Made by a program: the position numbers and the translations under genes. The notes beneath the pieces are model-generated. The model was not told the origin of the DNA, did no database searches, and saw nothing but the letters and a program-made list of their open reading frames with translations. 64,000 nt of DNA, taken from positions 324,875 through 388,874 of the forward strand of contig LFLA01000021.1 of NCBI GenBank assembly GCA_001542995.1, written 5' to 3'. Position 1 is the first letter of the stretch. Each line of letters opens with the position of its first letter. The DNA comes from Nitrospina sp. LS_NOB (lineage in GTDB: Bacteria > Nitrospinota > Nitrospinia > Nitrospinales > VA-1). Shown here one piece after another: positions 56,115 through 64,000 of the stretch.

Positions 56115-57575
56115 TCAAACCAATTGTTTGCTGGAGTTAAGAACCTCTTCAACCTCTTCGGAGCTAATGACTCCGGTCAAATCAAGAATCTCTCCGTTCA
56201 TAAACTCAACTCCGGTCCAATGAATACTTTTTATTTTTTCCGCTCCTTGAGCCACCGCCTGCCCTCTTATCTGAGCGCGGGTTCCTACCGGGGGCGACTC
56301 AACAGCCCGGGCGATTTCTTCTTCACTGAGCAGGGAAAAAACATCTCCCTCCTGCTGCAATCCCCGATACAATCCGCGATCAGGGTCCAGATTATGGTAT
56401 TCCAAATCCAGGCTCTTGAGCAAGGGGTCATCCCAGCCAATGCCCTCGGACTGCATGAACCCGGCAAATAGTTTTTCCTTGATCGCCCAGTCAATGCGAT
56501 CCGAAAGTTTTTCCGGACTGTGCCGAAGTTCATCCAGTGTCTTTTTCCATTCCGCAAGAATCCAGTCCCACTCGCGATCCTTTCCGGCAAAGGCTTTTTC
56601 CACCACTTCCAGATACGCTTCCTGAATCTCAAGAGCCGTGATAGTACCACCAGTCTTGCGACGTAAAACTGCAGTTTTGTCGAGAGACACTCTCAACACA
56701 TCGGCCACTGGGTCCGCCAATTCCAAATGGAGAAGTTTCTCCCCACGGGCGATCAGATTGAGAACCAGCGATGTACTCCCCACCTTCAGGGCCGTGGCAT
56801 AAGCGGACATATTGGCATCGCCGAGAATTAAATGCAAACGCCGATACCGACTGCTCACCGCATGCGGTTCGTCCCGGGTATTGATGAGGGGACGTTTCGT
56901 CATGGTCTCAATGCTTAAAACTGTCTCGATAAAGTCGGACCGCTGGGCCAACTGCAATCCTTGAAAATCACTAGCGCTTTCCGATCCCACTTTTCCTGCC
57001 CCGGCATACAACTGGCGCGTCACCAGAAAAGGAGCCAGCCCTTTTACCACATCTTCAAAGGGAGTTGCTCTGGGGATGAGATAGTTATCATGAGTTCCAT
57101 AACTATGGCCGCTGTAATCAGTATTATTTTTGAACACCTGAAGGGGTTTGCCCTCCAGCTCGCGGTTGCGAATGGCCGCGCATTCGGCGACAATCCGCTC
57201 GCCCGCCACATCATGTGCCACCAGAGATAACACCGACCGGCATTCCGGGGTGCTGTATTCCGGATGAGTATGATCATTATAAAATCGGGCACCATTTGTC
57301 AAAACCCGGTCGCACTTCATATCTAAATAAGAATAAGGCCTTTTACGATCTTCGGCGCAAAAGGCATCTTCTTCCTCATCCTGAGCCAAAGACCCCACCC
57401 GAAACCCACGCATATCCAGATGCGAGTTCTCCTGCGAGTAGGCCCATTTGCCAAAAACACTTTTGCGCTCGCAGGCCTTTAAAAGTTTCATGGACTCTTC
57501 AACCGGGTCGGAATTTTCCATATCTTCCCGGACTATCCCATACTCGGTCTCCATACCCAGGAGAGAAACACTCAT
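56115..57575 (-). CDS. dop: deamidase/depupylase Dop homologue
   Basis: MSVSLLGMETEYGI..., long acidic insertion (LDMRGFRVGSLAQDEEEDAFCAEDRKRPYSYLD) before LTNGARFYNDHTHPEYSTPEC, like the Dop loop and DHAHPEYSAPEC. ATG overlaps the mpa stop (ATGA). Confidence 0.85.
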   Translation of the reverse strand: MSVSLLGMETEYGIVREDMENSDPVEESMKLLKACERKSVFGKWAYSQENSHLDMRGFRVGSLAQDEEEDAFCAEDRKRPYSYLDMKCDRVLTNGARFYNDHTHPEYSTPECRSVLSLVAHDVAGERIVAECAAIRNRELEGKPLQVFKNNTDYSGHSYGTHDNYLIPRATPFEDVVKGLAPFLVTRQLYAGAGKVGSESASDFQGLQLAQRSDFIETVLSIETMTKRPLINTRDEPHAVSSRYRRLHLILGDANMSAYATALKVGSTSLVLNLIARGEKLLHLELADPVADVLRVSLDKTAVLRRKTGGTITALEIQEAYLEVVEKAFAGKDREWDWILAEWKKTLDELRHSPEKLSDRIDWAIKEKLFAGFMQSEGIGWDDPLLKSLDLEYHNLDPDRGLYRGLQQEGDVFSLLSEEEIARAVESPPVGTRAQIRGQAVAQGAEKIKSIHWTGVEFMNGEILDLTGVISSEEVEEVLNSSKQLV

Positions 57576-59188
57576 ATGATAGACCTGCGAATCGTATTTT
57601 CGGTTGCCTTATCCGATTCGCTGGGCTTTCTTACCCGCACAACATTTTTTGATTCCATATCCAAAAGCTGAAGCCAGTCTTCCATATTGGATTCGGCGGG
57701 AAGCAGGTTGCCTTCCTCAAATTCAGCCTCCAGTGAAACAATAAGATCGTCCACCGTCATACACAGCGTTTCACCCTGAATCGCCCGTTCAATGGCTCTC
57801 TCTTTAGCGCGTTTCATGATTCCCTCAATGACCGCGCCGGAAATGAAATCGTTCCAATACAGTTTCTTCGTGCCACCGCTTCTTAAAGTCAACACCAGCA
57901 CTTCCTGTTTCGAACTGCGGTCAAACAGACGATCCAGAAAGGGTTCAGCCATGGCGTCAAAATCTTCATGTTCGCGGGGAAGCCCTTCTTTCAGATAAAC
58001 ACGCAGGATGGCTTTAGACTCTTCGCGGTTGGGACGCGACACTTTGATCTTCCTGTCAATTCTTCCGGGCCGGATGACAGCCGGGTCGATCAGGTCGGGC
58101 CGGTTGGTCGCCAGAATCACCACCGTTTCGCGAAGGGACTGGATGCCATCCATCTCCGCGCAAAACATGGGGACCACCGTGTTGCTGATGTTCGATCCGC
58201 GCCACGCCTGCCGGATTCCCAAAATTGACTCCGCTTCATCTATAAAAATGAAAGGGATCTGACCTTTTTCTTTATAGTCCCGGGCTTTCTTAAAAATTTC
58301 ACGGATTTTACGTTCCGATTCCCCCAGCCACATATTGAGGATCTCCGGTCCTTTGACATGAATGAACCGGCCCTGAAGTTCGGAATCTTCCTGCTCGGAA
58401 AGTTTGCGGATCACTTCGGTGAGAATCGCTTTTCCTATGAGAGTTTTTCCGCAACCCGGAGGACCATAAAACAAAAATCCTTTGGGCACCTGATATTCCA
58501 TCTGGCTCAGAATTTCTTTGTGCAGGAGCGGATATTCGAGGACTTTGCGCACCTCTTCTTTTACTTTTTCTTGTCCGCCCACTTGTGACCATTCCACATG
58601 TTCATAATCGTCTTCAACCAGAGTGCGAGACTCGCGTTTAGAAAGTTTGCCTAAAATAACTCTTTGGTTACTGTCGAGAAAAATTTCTTCCCCCTCTTTC
58701 AGCCCATCTTCATCCAGACCATCTCGGACCAAAACAATCGTCTCGGTATTGCCAGTCGCCGCCTGCACCAGCCATTGCCCGCCAGCAAGCTTTCCGGAAA
58801 TTTTTGCAAGTGGCCCCTGAGTGGGAAAAGGTAGCAGTGCAATCACCACAAATCCTTCATTCAGCGCCACCTGATCACCGGTTTTCAATCCCTCATTTTC
58901 CGTAAGTTCCGGGACGACCGCAGCCTGGTATTCCGTGCCTCCGGAAACCAGACGCACCAGACCGTCCTCCCCCTGGCCCAGAATCGTGCCGATCCGATGG
59001 GCGGGAGACTTTAACTTTTCAATGGCTTCCTCCAAGGTCTTGATTTTCAATGCATACTGCTGGGCAGACTGCTGGGCCTGGAACAGAGCATCCCTAAGAT
59101 CAAGAATCTTTTCCTGCAATTGGGGTCGATCCTGGGTTTCATTTAAAACCTGGTCGATCAACTCTACGATATGGGTCTGGTCTCCCAT
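57572..59188 (-). CDS. mpa: proteasome-associated AAA+ ATPase (Mpa/ARC homologue)
   Basis: N-terminal coiled coil (LQEKILDLRDALFQAQQSAQQYALKIKTLEEAIEKL), OB-like region, Walker A GPPGCGKT, Walker B FIFIDEAES, second region of homology. Confidence 0.9.
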   Translation of the reverse strand: MGDQTHIVELIDQVLNETQDRPQLQEKILDLRDALFQAQQSAQQYALKIKTLEEAIEKLKSPAHRIGTILGQGEDGLVRLVSGGTEYQAAVVPELTENEGLKTGDQVALNEGFVVIALLPFPTQGPLAKISGKLAGGQWLVQAATGNTETIVLVRDGLDEDGLKEGEEIFLDSNQRVILGKLSKRESRTLVEDDYEHVEWSQVGGQEKVKEEVRKVLEYPLLHKEILSQMEYQVPKGFLFYGPPGCGKTLIGKAILTEVIRKLSEQEDSELQGRFIHVKGPEILNMWLGESERKIREIFKKARDYKEKGQIPFIFIDEAESILGIRQAWRGSNISNTVVPMFCAEMDGIQSLRETVVILATNRPDLIDPAVIRPGRIDRKIKVSRPNREESKAILRVYLKEGLPREHEDFDAMAEPFLDRLFDRSSKQEVLVLTLRSGGTKKLYWNDFISGAVIEGIMKRAKERAIERAIQGETLCMTVDDLIVSLEAEFEEGNLLPAESNMEDWLQLLDMESKNVVRVRKPSESDKATENTIRRSII

Positions 59189-59437
59189 GAATAAGTCCTT
59201 TATTTTGGTTGTGAACTCAATTGTATGAACAAAAAATTTTATAAATCAAGTCAATTTTCTCAAAGGTTTAGTAGAGAAAACCTTGTCATTATATTAGGAT
59301 GAAGGCTTCTATTGATTATTATCCTGAAAAGCTTTTCGCTCAACTTTTTTGTATTCCTACAGAGCCCGGCAAAACCCCAGGTGGCGCAAGACCACCTTTA
59401 ACACGAAAGTGATTCCTGACAACAAGTTTTTGATTCT

Positions 59438-60748
59438 ATGACCTTTGCGAACAACAAAACCCCTATCGAAAAATGCATCATCAGTTTCAGCCATAACAAA
59501 TATTCCACCCGTAAAGAAGCTGATACAGTGAGCCTTGCCAAGGCAGAGCGTGAAATTGCCGCCAGGAAAAATGGCATCAGCCATCTTCTTCTAAGAGCTG
59601 AGGATGATGACATCGATCGACTGAAATTTCTTTTTTTGATCCGGGGAATTCCTATCATGTGTTACGCGCTGGGGAACCTGCTGAACTCCAGCTTGCGCGA
59701 AATCGTGGTCGTCGGCTCTGAGGAAGTCAAAAAAGTTATGGATCGCTTCCTCGACATTGTTGGCACCTGCGGAAAAACCATTCGGTTTGTCCGGGAAGAT
59801 GCTCAACACCTCAACCTGGTTCACACCATGAATCTGGGCCGGGAGTTGCTTTCCCCTTCACCCGACGAACTGGTTCTGTTCCAACCCGGTGACCTGCCTT
59901 TCCTATACGACCTGGAAAAAGTCTTGCACTTTCCAGACAACAAAAAATATAACCTGGTGCTCTGGCTGAACTCCCGGCAAACGATGTTCCCGGATTTTGC
60001 AAAGAATCCGGAGAGCGAGTTCGTCAAGCGCAATTACCATTACCGCTCTTTTAGCGAAAATGAAGATAGCCTGCTGGATCTCAAAGAACCCAATTTATAT
60101 CCCATTAATTTTGCAATGATGGATTCGGATATCATTGACCACCTGCACTCTTCCCGCAAAGATGGACAAATAATTCACGCGGGCATCCAAGTTGCCTTGC
60201 AAAAACCTTTACGCTTACTCAAGGTTCTGCCTTATGTCATGGACCATCTGTTGACGTTCCGGACGAATGTAAACCGCATCAGGCCCGGCGACCGGTATGA
60301 TTTCGGCATGTCCCGAAAAAATTTCCATAAAGGCATCTCCCGCTTGCTCAATACTCCTTTGACCACCACATTGCATGACGACCCGGCTTTCGTTTCCGAT
60401 GTCGATGCACTAGAAGATTGGGAAGATTTTGAGTCTCTCACCCATCATGCGGAAACAACCCATGGCCGGGAGGGACTGGAGACCATCCACCCGTTTGGAA
60501 AATCCCTGACCCAATTTCGTGAAGAGGGCATGCCTCAGTTGAAAACAGAGATTCCCATGTACCGGGATTTCCCTTCATACCTCAACTCTATTTATGAAAC
60601 GCTCGAGATGGGTTATGTACCCTTTGACAGGGACAACCAATACATCTCGCCCAATGCGAACTTGAAAGAAGTGGAAATCGCATACCGCTGGTATAAACAA
60701 AAATGTGCCCTATTGAAACAACCTCATGAAAACCGGCAACAGGTCTGA
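59438..60748 (+). CDS. hypothetical protein with MobA-like nucleotidyltransferase (GT-A) N-terminal region
   Basis: IRGIPIMCYALGNLLNSSLREIVVVGSEEV...LFQPGDLPFL resembles NTP-transferase family cores. The C-terminal 250 aa are unassigned. Start uncertain. Confidence 0.4.
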   Translation: MTFANNKTPIEKCIISFSHNKYSTRKEADTVSLAKAEREIAARKNGISHLLLRAEDDDIDRLKFLFLIRGIPIMCYALGNLLNSSLREIVVVGSEEVKKVMDRFLDIVGTCGKTIRFVREDAQHLNLVHTMNLGRELLSPSPDELVLFQPGDLPFLYDLEKVLHFPDNKKYNLVLWLNSRQTMFPDFAKNPESEFVKRNYHYRSFSENEDSLLDLKEPNLYPINFAMMDSDIIDHLHSSRKDGQIIHAGIQVALQKPLRLLKVLPYVMDHLLTFRTNVNRIRPGDRYDFGMSRKNFHKGISRLLNTPLTTTLHDDPAFVSDVDALEDWEDFESLTHHAETTHGREGLETIHPFGKSLTQFREEGMPQLKTEIPMYRDFPSYLNSIYETLEMGYVPFDRDNQYISPNANLKEVEIAYRWYKQKCALLKQPHENRQQV

Positions 60749-60865
60749 CCGGAAAAACCACTGGCGTTATCCCGAGACCCGCTTTCTGTAAACCAAAAAT
60801 AACGCTATAATAGTAACTGTTATTTTACAGGCTAAAATTTAAGCACGCGGACAAACGAGCCAAAA

Positions 60866-61822
60866 ATGCCAAAATCATGGCAGGGAAATAGTTTATTAAA
60901 CCGAACCCGATTATCCGGGTTTATCCTTTTATCGCTGGGCATTCACATAACATCGGTGATCGCACACATGGCGATCCCCACCGCGAAAGAAGAAGTAAAG
61001 GGACCTCCCCCTATCCGAATAAAATATATCGAACCGGAGAAACCCCTGGCCTCCAAAGGCGGCCGAATCATCGATACGCCAACGCCACCCAAAAAAATCG
61101 AGAAACCCAAAAATAAAGATTTGCTGACAAAATTTGACAGCCGAGCCCACTCCAATATCAAAAAGAAAACTGCAAAAACCTATCAGCGCAAAAAAACCGT
61201 GGTACCGAAATCGAAAGGGTCGGTGGGCAAGACAGGTACCGCTCCTGTTCGAGAAAAGAAAGTCGCACGAAAACCTCAAAAACGGGCCGCGATTGTGCCG
61301 AGAAAAAGGCTCCTCCCGGAATCAGATATTGGAAAATATAAATCCGTTTTCAGAAAAAAACCCAAACCCACGACGTCCCCCGCCAACCCCAAAGCAGGAA
61401 CAGGTAGCGCTTTGGCTCTTCTGGACAGGTTTGACCCCGAACCCTTCGCATCGCTCAGCACAGAGGATCTCGAAAACATCGATGATGACGAACCGGTTTC
61501 CCTCGATACAACAGAAGTCAAATACGCTTCCTATTTTGCGAGAATTAAGCACCAGATTGAACGGGTTTGGATTTATCCCACCGAGGCGGCGCAACGCGGC
61601 ATCAGCGGCAATCTCACTTTGACGTTCAGGATTTCCAAGGACGGCACCCTTCTGGGAGTGCAGCTGTTGGATCAGTCAGGCTATGAAATTCTGGATGTGG
61701 CTGCGCTCAAAGCCGTGAAGGAAGCGGCCCCCTTTTATCCCTTCCCGGCAACCATTGACAGGGAGAAATTCTCCATCCAGGCCAACTTCGTTTACACCCC
61801 TCAATTCGAACCTGCCCGCTAG
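60866..61822 (+). CDS. tonB: TonB-family energy transducer
   Basis: N-terminal TM anchor, Pro/Lys-rich spacer, C-terminal TonB domain (YPTEAAQRGISGNLTLTFRISKDGTLLGVQLLDQSGYEILDVAALKAVKEAAPFYPFP). Confidence 0.8.
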   Translation: MPKSWQGNSLLNRTRLSGFILLSLGIHITSVIAHMAIPTAKEEVKGPPPIRIKYIEPEKPLASKGGRIIDTPTPPKKIEKPKNKDLLTKFDSRAHSNIKKKTAKTYQRKKTVVPKSKGSVGKTGTAPVREKKVARKPQKRAAIVPRKRLLPESDIGKYKSVFRKKPKPTTSPANPKAGTGSALALLDRFDPEPFASLSTEDLENIDDDEPVSLDTTEVKYASYFARIKHQIERVWIYPTEAAQRGISGNLTLTFRISKDGTLLGVQLLDQSGYEILDVAALKAVKEAAPFYPFPATIDREKFSIQANFVYTPQFEPAR

Positions 61823-61871
61823 CCAGCGTGACGCTGGACTCAATGAGGGGAAATCACAGCCCCGCGCCTAG
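61819..61871. repeat. 45-bp repeat insert bracketed by CTAG ... CTAG between convergent tonB and dinG
   Basis: CTAG(61819-22)-ccagcgtgacgctggactcaatgaggggaaatcacagccccgcgc-CTAG(61868-71). The left CTAG holds the tonB TAG and the right CTAG holds the dinG TAG on the other strand. Confidence 0.75.
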
Positions 61872-63826
61872 CGGAAGAAGTCTCGGACTTCATCCAAGTG
61901 GGTCGTGACCGGACAAGGTGGTAATGATGCGATGAACTGTTTGCCATACCCACGCCGCCTCATGCGGGAATCAAGAATTGAAACCACACCGGTGTCGGTC
62001 TTCTTGCGGATCAACCTGCCGAACCCCTGCTTCAACTGAAGGATCGCCCGGGGAATCTGGTAATGCCTGAACGGGTCGATATGTTGCCGACGCAATTCTT
62101 CAATACGGGCTTCTGTCAAAGGTTCTTTGGGAACGTCAAAGGGAAGTTTGGTGATGATGACACTTTGCAACGCGTCACCGGGTATGTCCACTCCCTGCCA
62201 GAAGGAGTTGGTTCCGAAAATCACTGAGGGTTCCTGCTTGAACTTTTTGATCATCTGGACGGTGGGCATTTCTCCCTGGCGAATGAGCGGGAACTGGAAC
62301 TGAAGCTCGTCCAGTCTTTCATAAACCTGATTGAGAAGCGCATAACTTGTAAACAGGATAAATGTTTTACCGCCGGAAGCCTCCACTAGTTCCCGGCACC
62401 GGTTAGCAATACCCTCTACATAAACTCCTGCTTCATCCCCCGGTTCGGGGAGATCATCAGGAACATAGAGCAGGGCTTGGCGGGGGTAATCGAAAGGTGC
62501 CTCTAAAGACAACTCATCATCCGGCTGATAACCAATACGCTCTTTAATAAAATCGAATCCTTTGGCAGTGGTTAATGTCGCCGAGGTCATGACCACCCGG
62601 TCAATTTTATCGAACACCTGTGCGTGCAGTTCTTCCGCAACATGAATGGGAACCCCGCGCAAGACCACACGGGCAAAATGTTTTCTTGGCGTGATTTCCA
62701 ACCAATAAACATATCCGCACATGTGCTGGTTGAGAATGGCAGATAGAGCGTTATTGAACTCAAAACAACGCTCGGCAGCGGATGAAACATCAACCCGGTC
62801 TTCCTCCGAATGCAGACCTCCTTCCAAAGATTTCAATGCCTCCCGCAGGGCTTCGAGCGGAACATACACACCGTTATCCAACACGGGCGGTTTGTAGAAC
62901 CGTAAGACCCGGTCGTTTTTTCCATACTGTTCCAGAAGTTGATTGAAAAAAACATCGGCCGCTTGACGTGCGGACATCACCAACTTGCGAATATGCGGCA
63001 CCGAGTCGTGATTGATGCGAGTCAACAACCCCCGTTTGGTGCGCGGATTATGCAACCGGTCGAGAAAATAGATCAAACTGGAATTGGAAATTTCCAGCCC
63101 CAAAAACTGGGTGGCCGCTTCTTCCAGATTCTGAGCCTCGTCAAAAACCACCGCGTCGAAAGCCGGTAGTACCGCTCCGGCGTTGGCAACGTTGGCAAAA
63201 AATAAATGGTGGTTGACGATCAAAAGATGGGCGCCGAACCATTTCTTGCGGGCTTTGAAATAAAAACAAGACGAATGTGTTTCACAGTTTTTTCCCAGAC
63301 ACAGGTCTTTCTGCCGCCCCACCTCTTCCCACACCTGAGGAAGCACCTCAAAAGACAGATCACTGCGATAGCCGGTCTCAGTCTCTCCAGCCCAGTTGAA
63401 AATTCCTTCCCATTGCTTTTCCTCATCGGGTTGGGTGAACAACCCCGCCTGCGCCGACCGTTTCAACCGCCTGAGCGATAGGTAGTTTTCGTTACCCATG
63501 CACAAGGCATAGCGAAAGGCTATTCCCAATTTGTCGCGGAGCAGAGGAATATCGTGATTGATAATCTGATGCTGAAGCGTCTTGGTATAAGTGGAGATGA
63601 CCACCTTCTTGTTATTTTCCACGGCCCATAAAATGGCCGGGATGAGGTAGGCCAAACTTTTGCCCGTTCCGGTGCCCGCTTCGACAATCAGATGCCGGGC
63701 ATTGCCAAACGCCTCCTCCACCGCCTCGGCCATATCCATTTGCTGACGACGGAATTCGAATCCCTCCAACCGCGAAGACAGAATGCCCTCTTTACCGAGA
63801 TAGTTTTCCACCCTATTTGCTGTCAT
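61868..63826 (-). CDS. dinG: DinG/XPD-family ATP-dependent DNA helicase (Fe-S type)
   Basis: Walker A EAGTGTGKSLAYLIPA, DEAQ box VVFDEAQNLEE, Cys cluster (..LCMGNENY.. CLGKNCETHSSCFYF), C-terminal helicase motifs (QGFGRLIRKKTDTGVV). Confidence 0.85.
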   Translation of the reverse strand: MTANRVENYLGKEGILSSRLEGFEFRRQQMDMAEAVEEAFGNARHLIVEAGTGTGKSLAYLIPAILWAVENNKKVVISTYTKTLQHQIINHDIPLLRDKLGIAFRYALCMGNENYLSLRRLKRSAQAGLFTQPDEEKQWEGIFNWAGETETGYRSDLSFEVLPQVWEEVGRQKDLCLGKNCETHSSCFYFKARKKWFGAHLLIVNHHLFFANVANAGAVLPAFDAVVFDEAQNLEEAATQFLGLEISNSSLIYFLDRLHNPRTKRGLLTRINHDSVPHIRKLVMSARQAADVFFNQLLEQYGKNDRVLRFYKPPVLDNGVYVPLEALREALKSLEGGLHSEEDRVDVSSAAERCFEFNNALSAILNQHMCGYVYWLEITPRKHFARVVLRGVPIHVAEELHAQVFDKIDRVVMTSATLTTAKGFDFIKERIGYQPDDELSLEAPFDYPRQALLYVPDDLPEPGDEAGVYVEGIANRCRELVEASGGKTFILFTSYALLNQVYERLDELQFQFPLIRQGEMPTVQMIKKFKQEPSVIFGTNSFWQGVDIPGDALQSVIITKLPFDVPKEPLTEARIEELRRQHIDPFRHYQIPRAILQLKQGFGRLIRKKTDTGVVSILDSRMRRRGYGKQFIASLPPCPVTTHLDEVRDFFR

Positions 63827-63975
63827 GACCGTGCATGGTACGGGGACAACTTAAAAAGCGCAAAATTAAATTTGCATGCCAGCAATAAAGACGTCGATTA
63901 TCTCTGGTTCAACGAGGTTGAATTGTGTGGCGGACTTCCTTTATAGTAGATACAGGTAATTTAACTGGAGCCAGC

Positions 63976-64000
63976 ATGAAAACCCTCAGCATCATCCTCA
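63976..64000 (+). CDS. start of an ORF running off the window (MKTLSIIL...)
   Basis: ATG 63976 with GGAG 7 nt upstream. Only 8 codons visible. Confidence 0.2.

Overview
This 64 kb window looks like bacterial chromosome from a Gram-negative-type lineage, mostly housekeeping genes. Likely Nitrospinae/Nitrospirae-like, inferred only from gene content. I found no rRNA, tRNA or CRISPR array by eye.

Recognisable core genes:
- lexA-dinB, arsC, mdh, monomeric icd, glnD
- the pheA-tyrA-cmk-rpsA-sppA-IHF/HU-aroC block
- rpoH, fumC, nadA, tonB, dinG
- an RND/MMPL exporter and mlaC

Four things stand out.

1. Proteasome tagging locus (52.5-59.2 kb, minus strand). It is complete: mpa - dop - prcA - small tag gene - prcB - pafA - HIT. 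The tag gene is a 58-codon ORF at 55008..55184, too short for the supplied ORF track. It ends ...KYKQRTGQ, which matches the Pup-like UBact type.

2. AT-rich accessory island (about 20.9-25.2 kb, one strand). It carries an XRE controller-like gene, an HNH nuclease, a Dcm C5-methyltransferase and a 554-aa GHKL ATPase. The ATPase C-terminus has an RNxxxH (HEPN-like) motif. I read this as an R-M-derived or defence module of poorly characterised type.

3. Second AT-rich insertion (12.48-14.05 kb). It carries the uncharacterised TcmP / DUF5131 (Gp37/Gp68, three-Cys) gene pair and sits beside a histidine-kinase remnant.

4. Modular, hairpin-rich repeats saturate nearly every long intergenic region. 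Many modules begin or end at the palindrome CTAG. That CTAG often doubles as the TAG stop of the adjacent gene, and in two places a short insert is bracketed by CTAG on both sides. One 132-bp MITE-like element with terminal inverted repeats occurs twice in inverted orientation around mdh-icd-glnD.

Several decayed genes sit next to these repeats: HDOD, HNH, cyclase, a small membrane protein and a histidine kinase. Many long track ORFs inside repeats or antisense to conserved genes are judged spurious. All functional calls rest on motif recognition by eye and need database confirmation.
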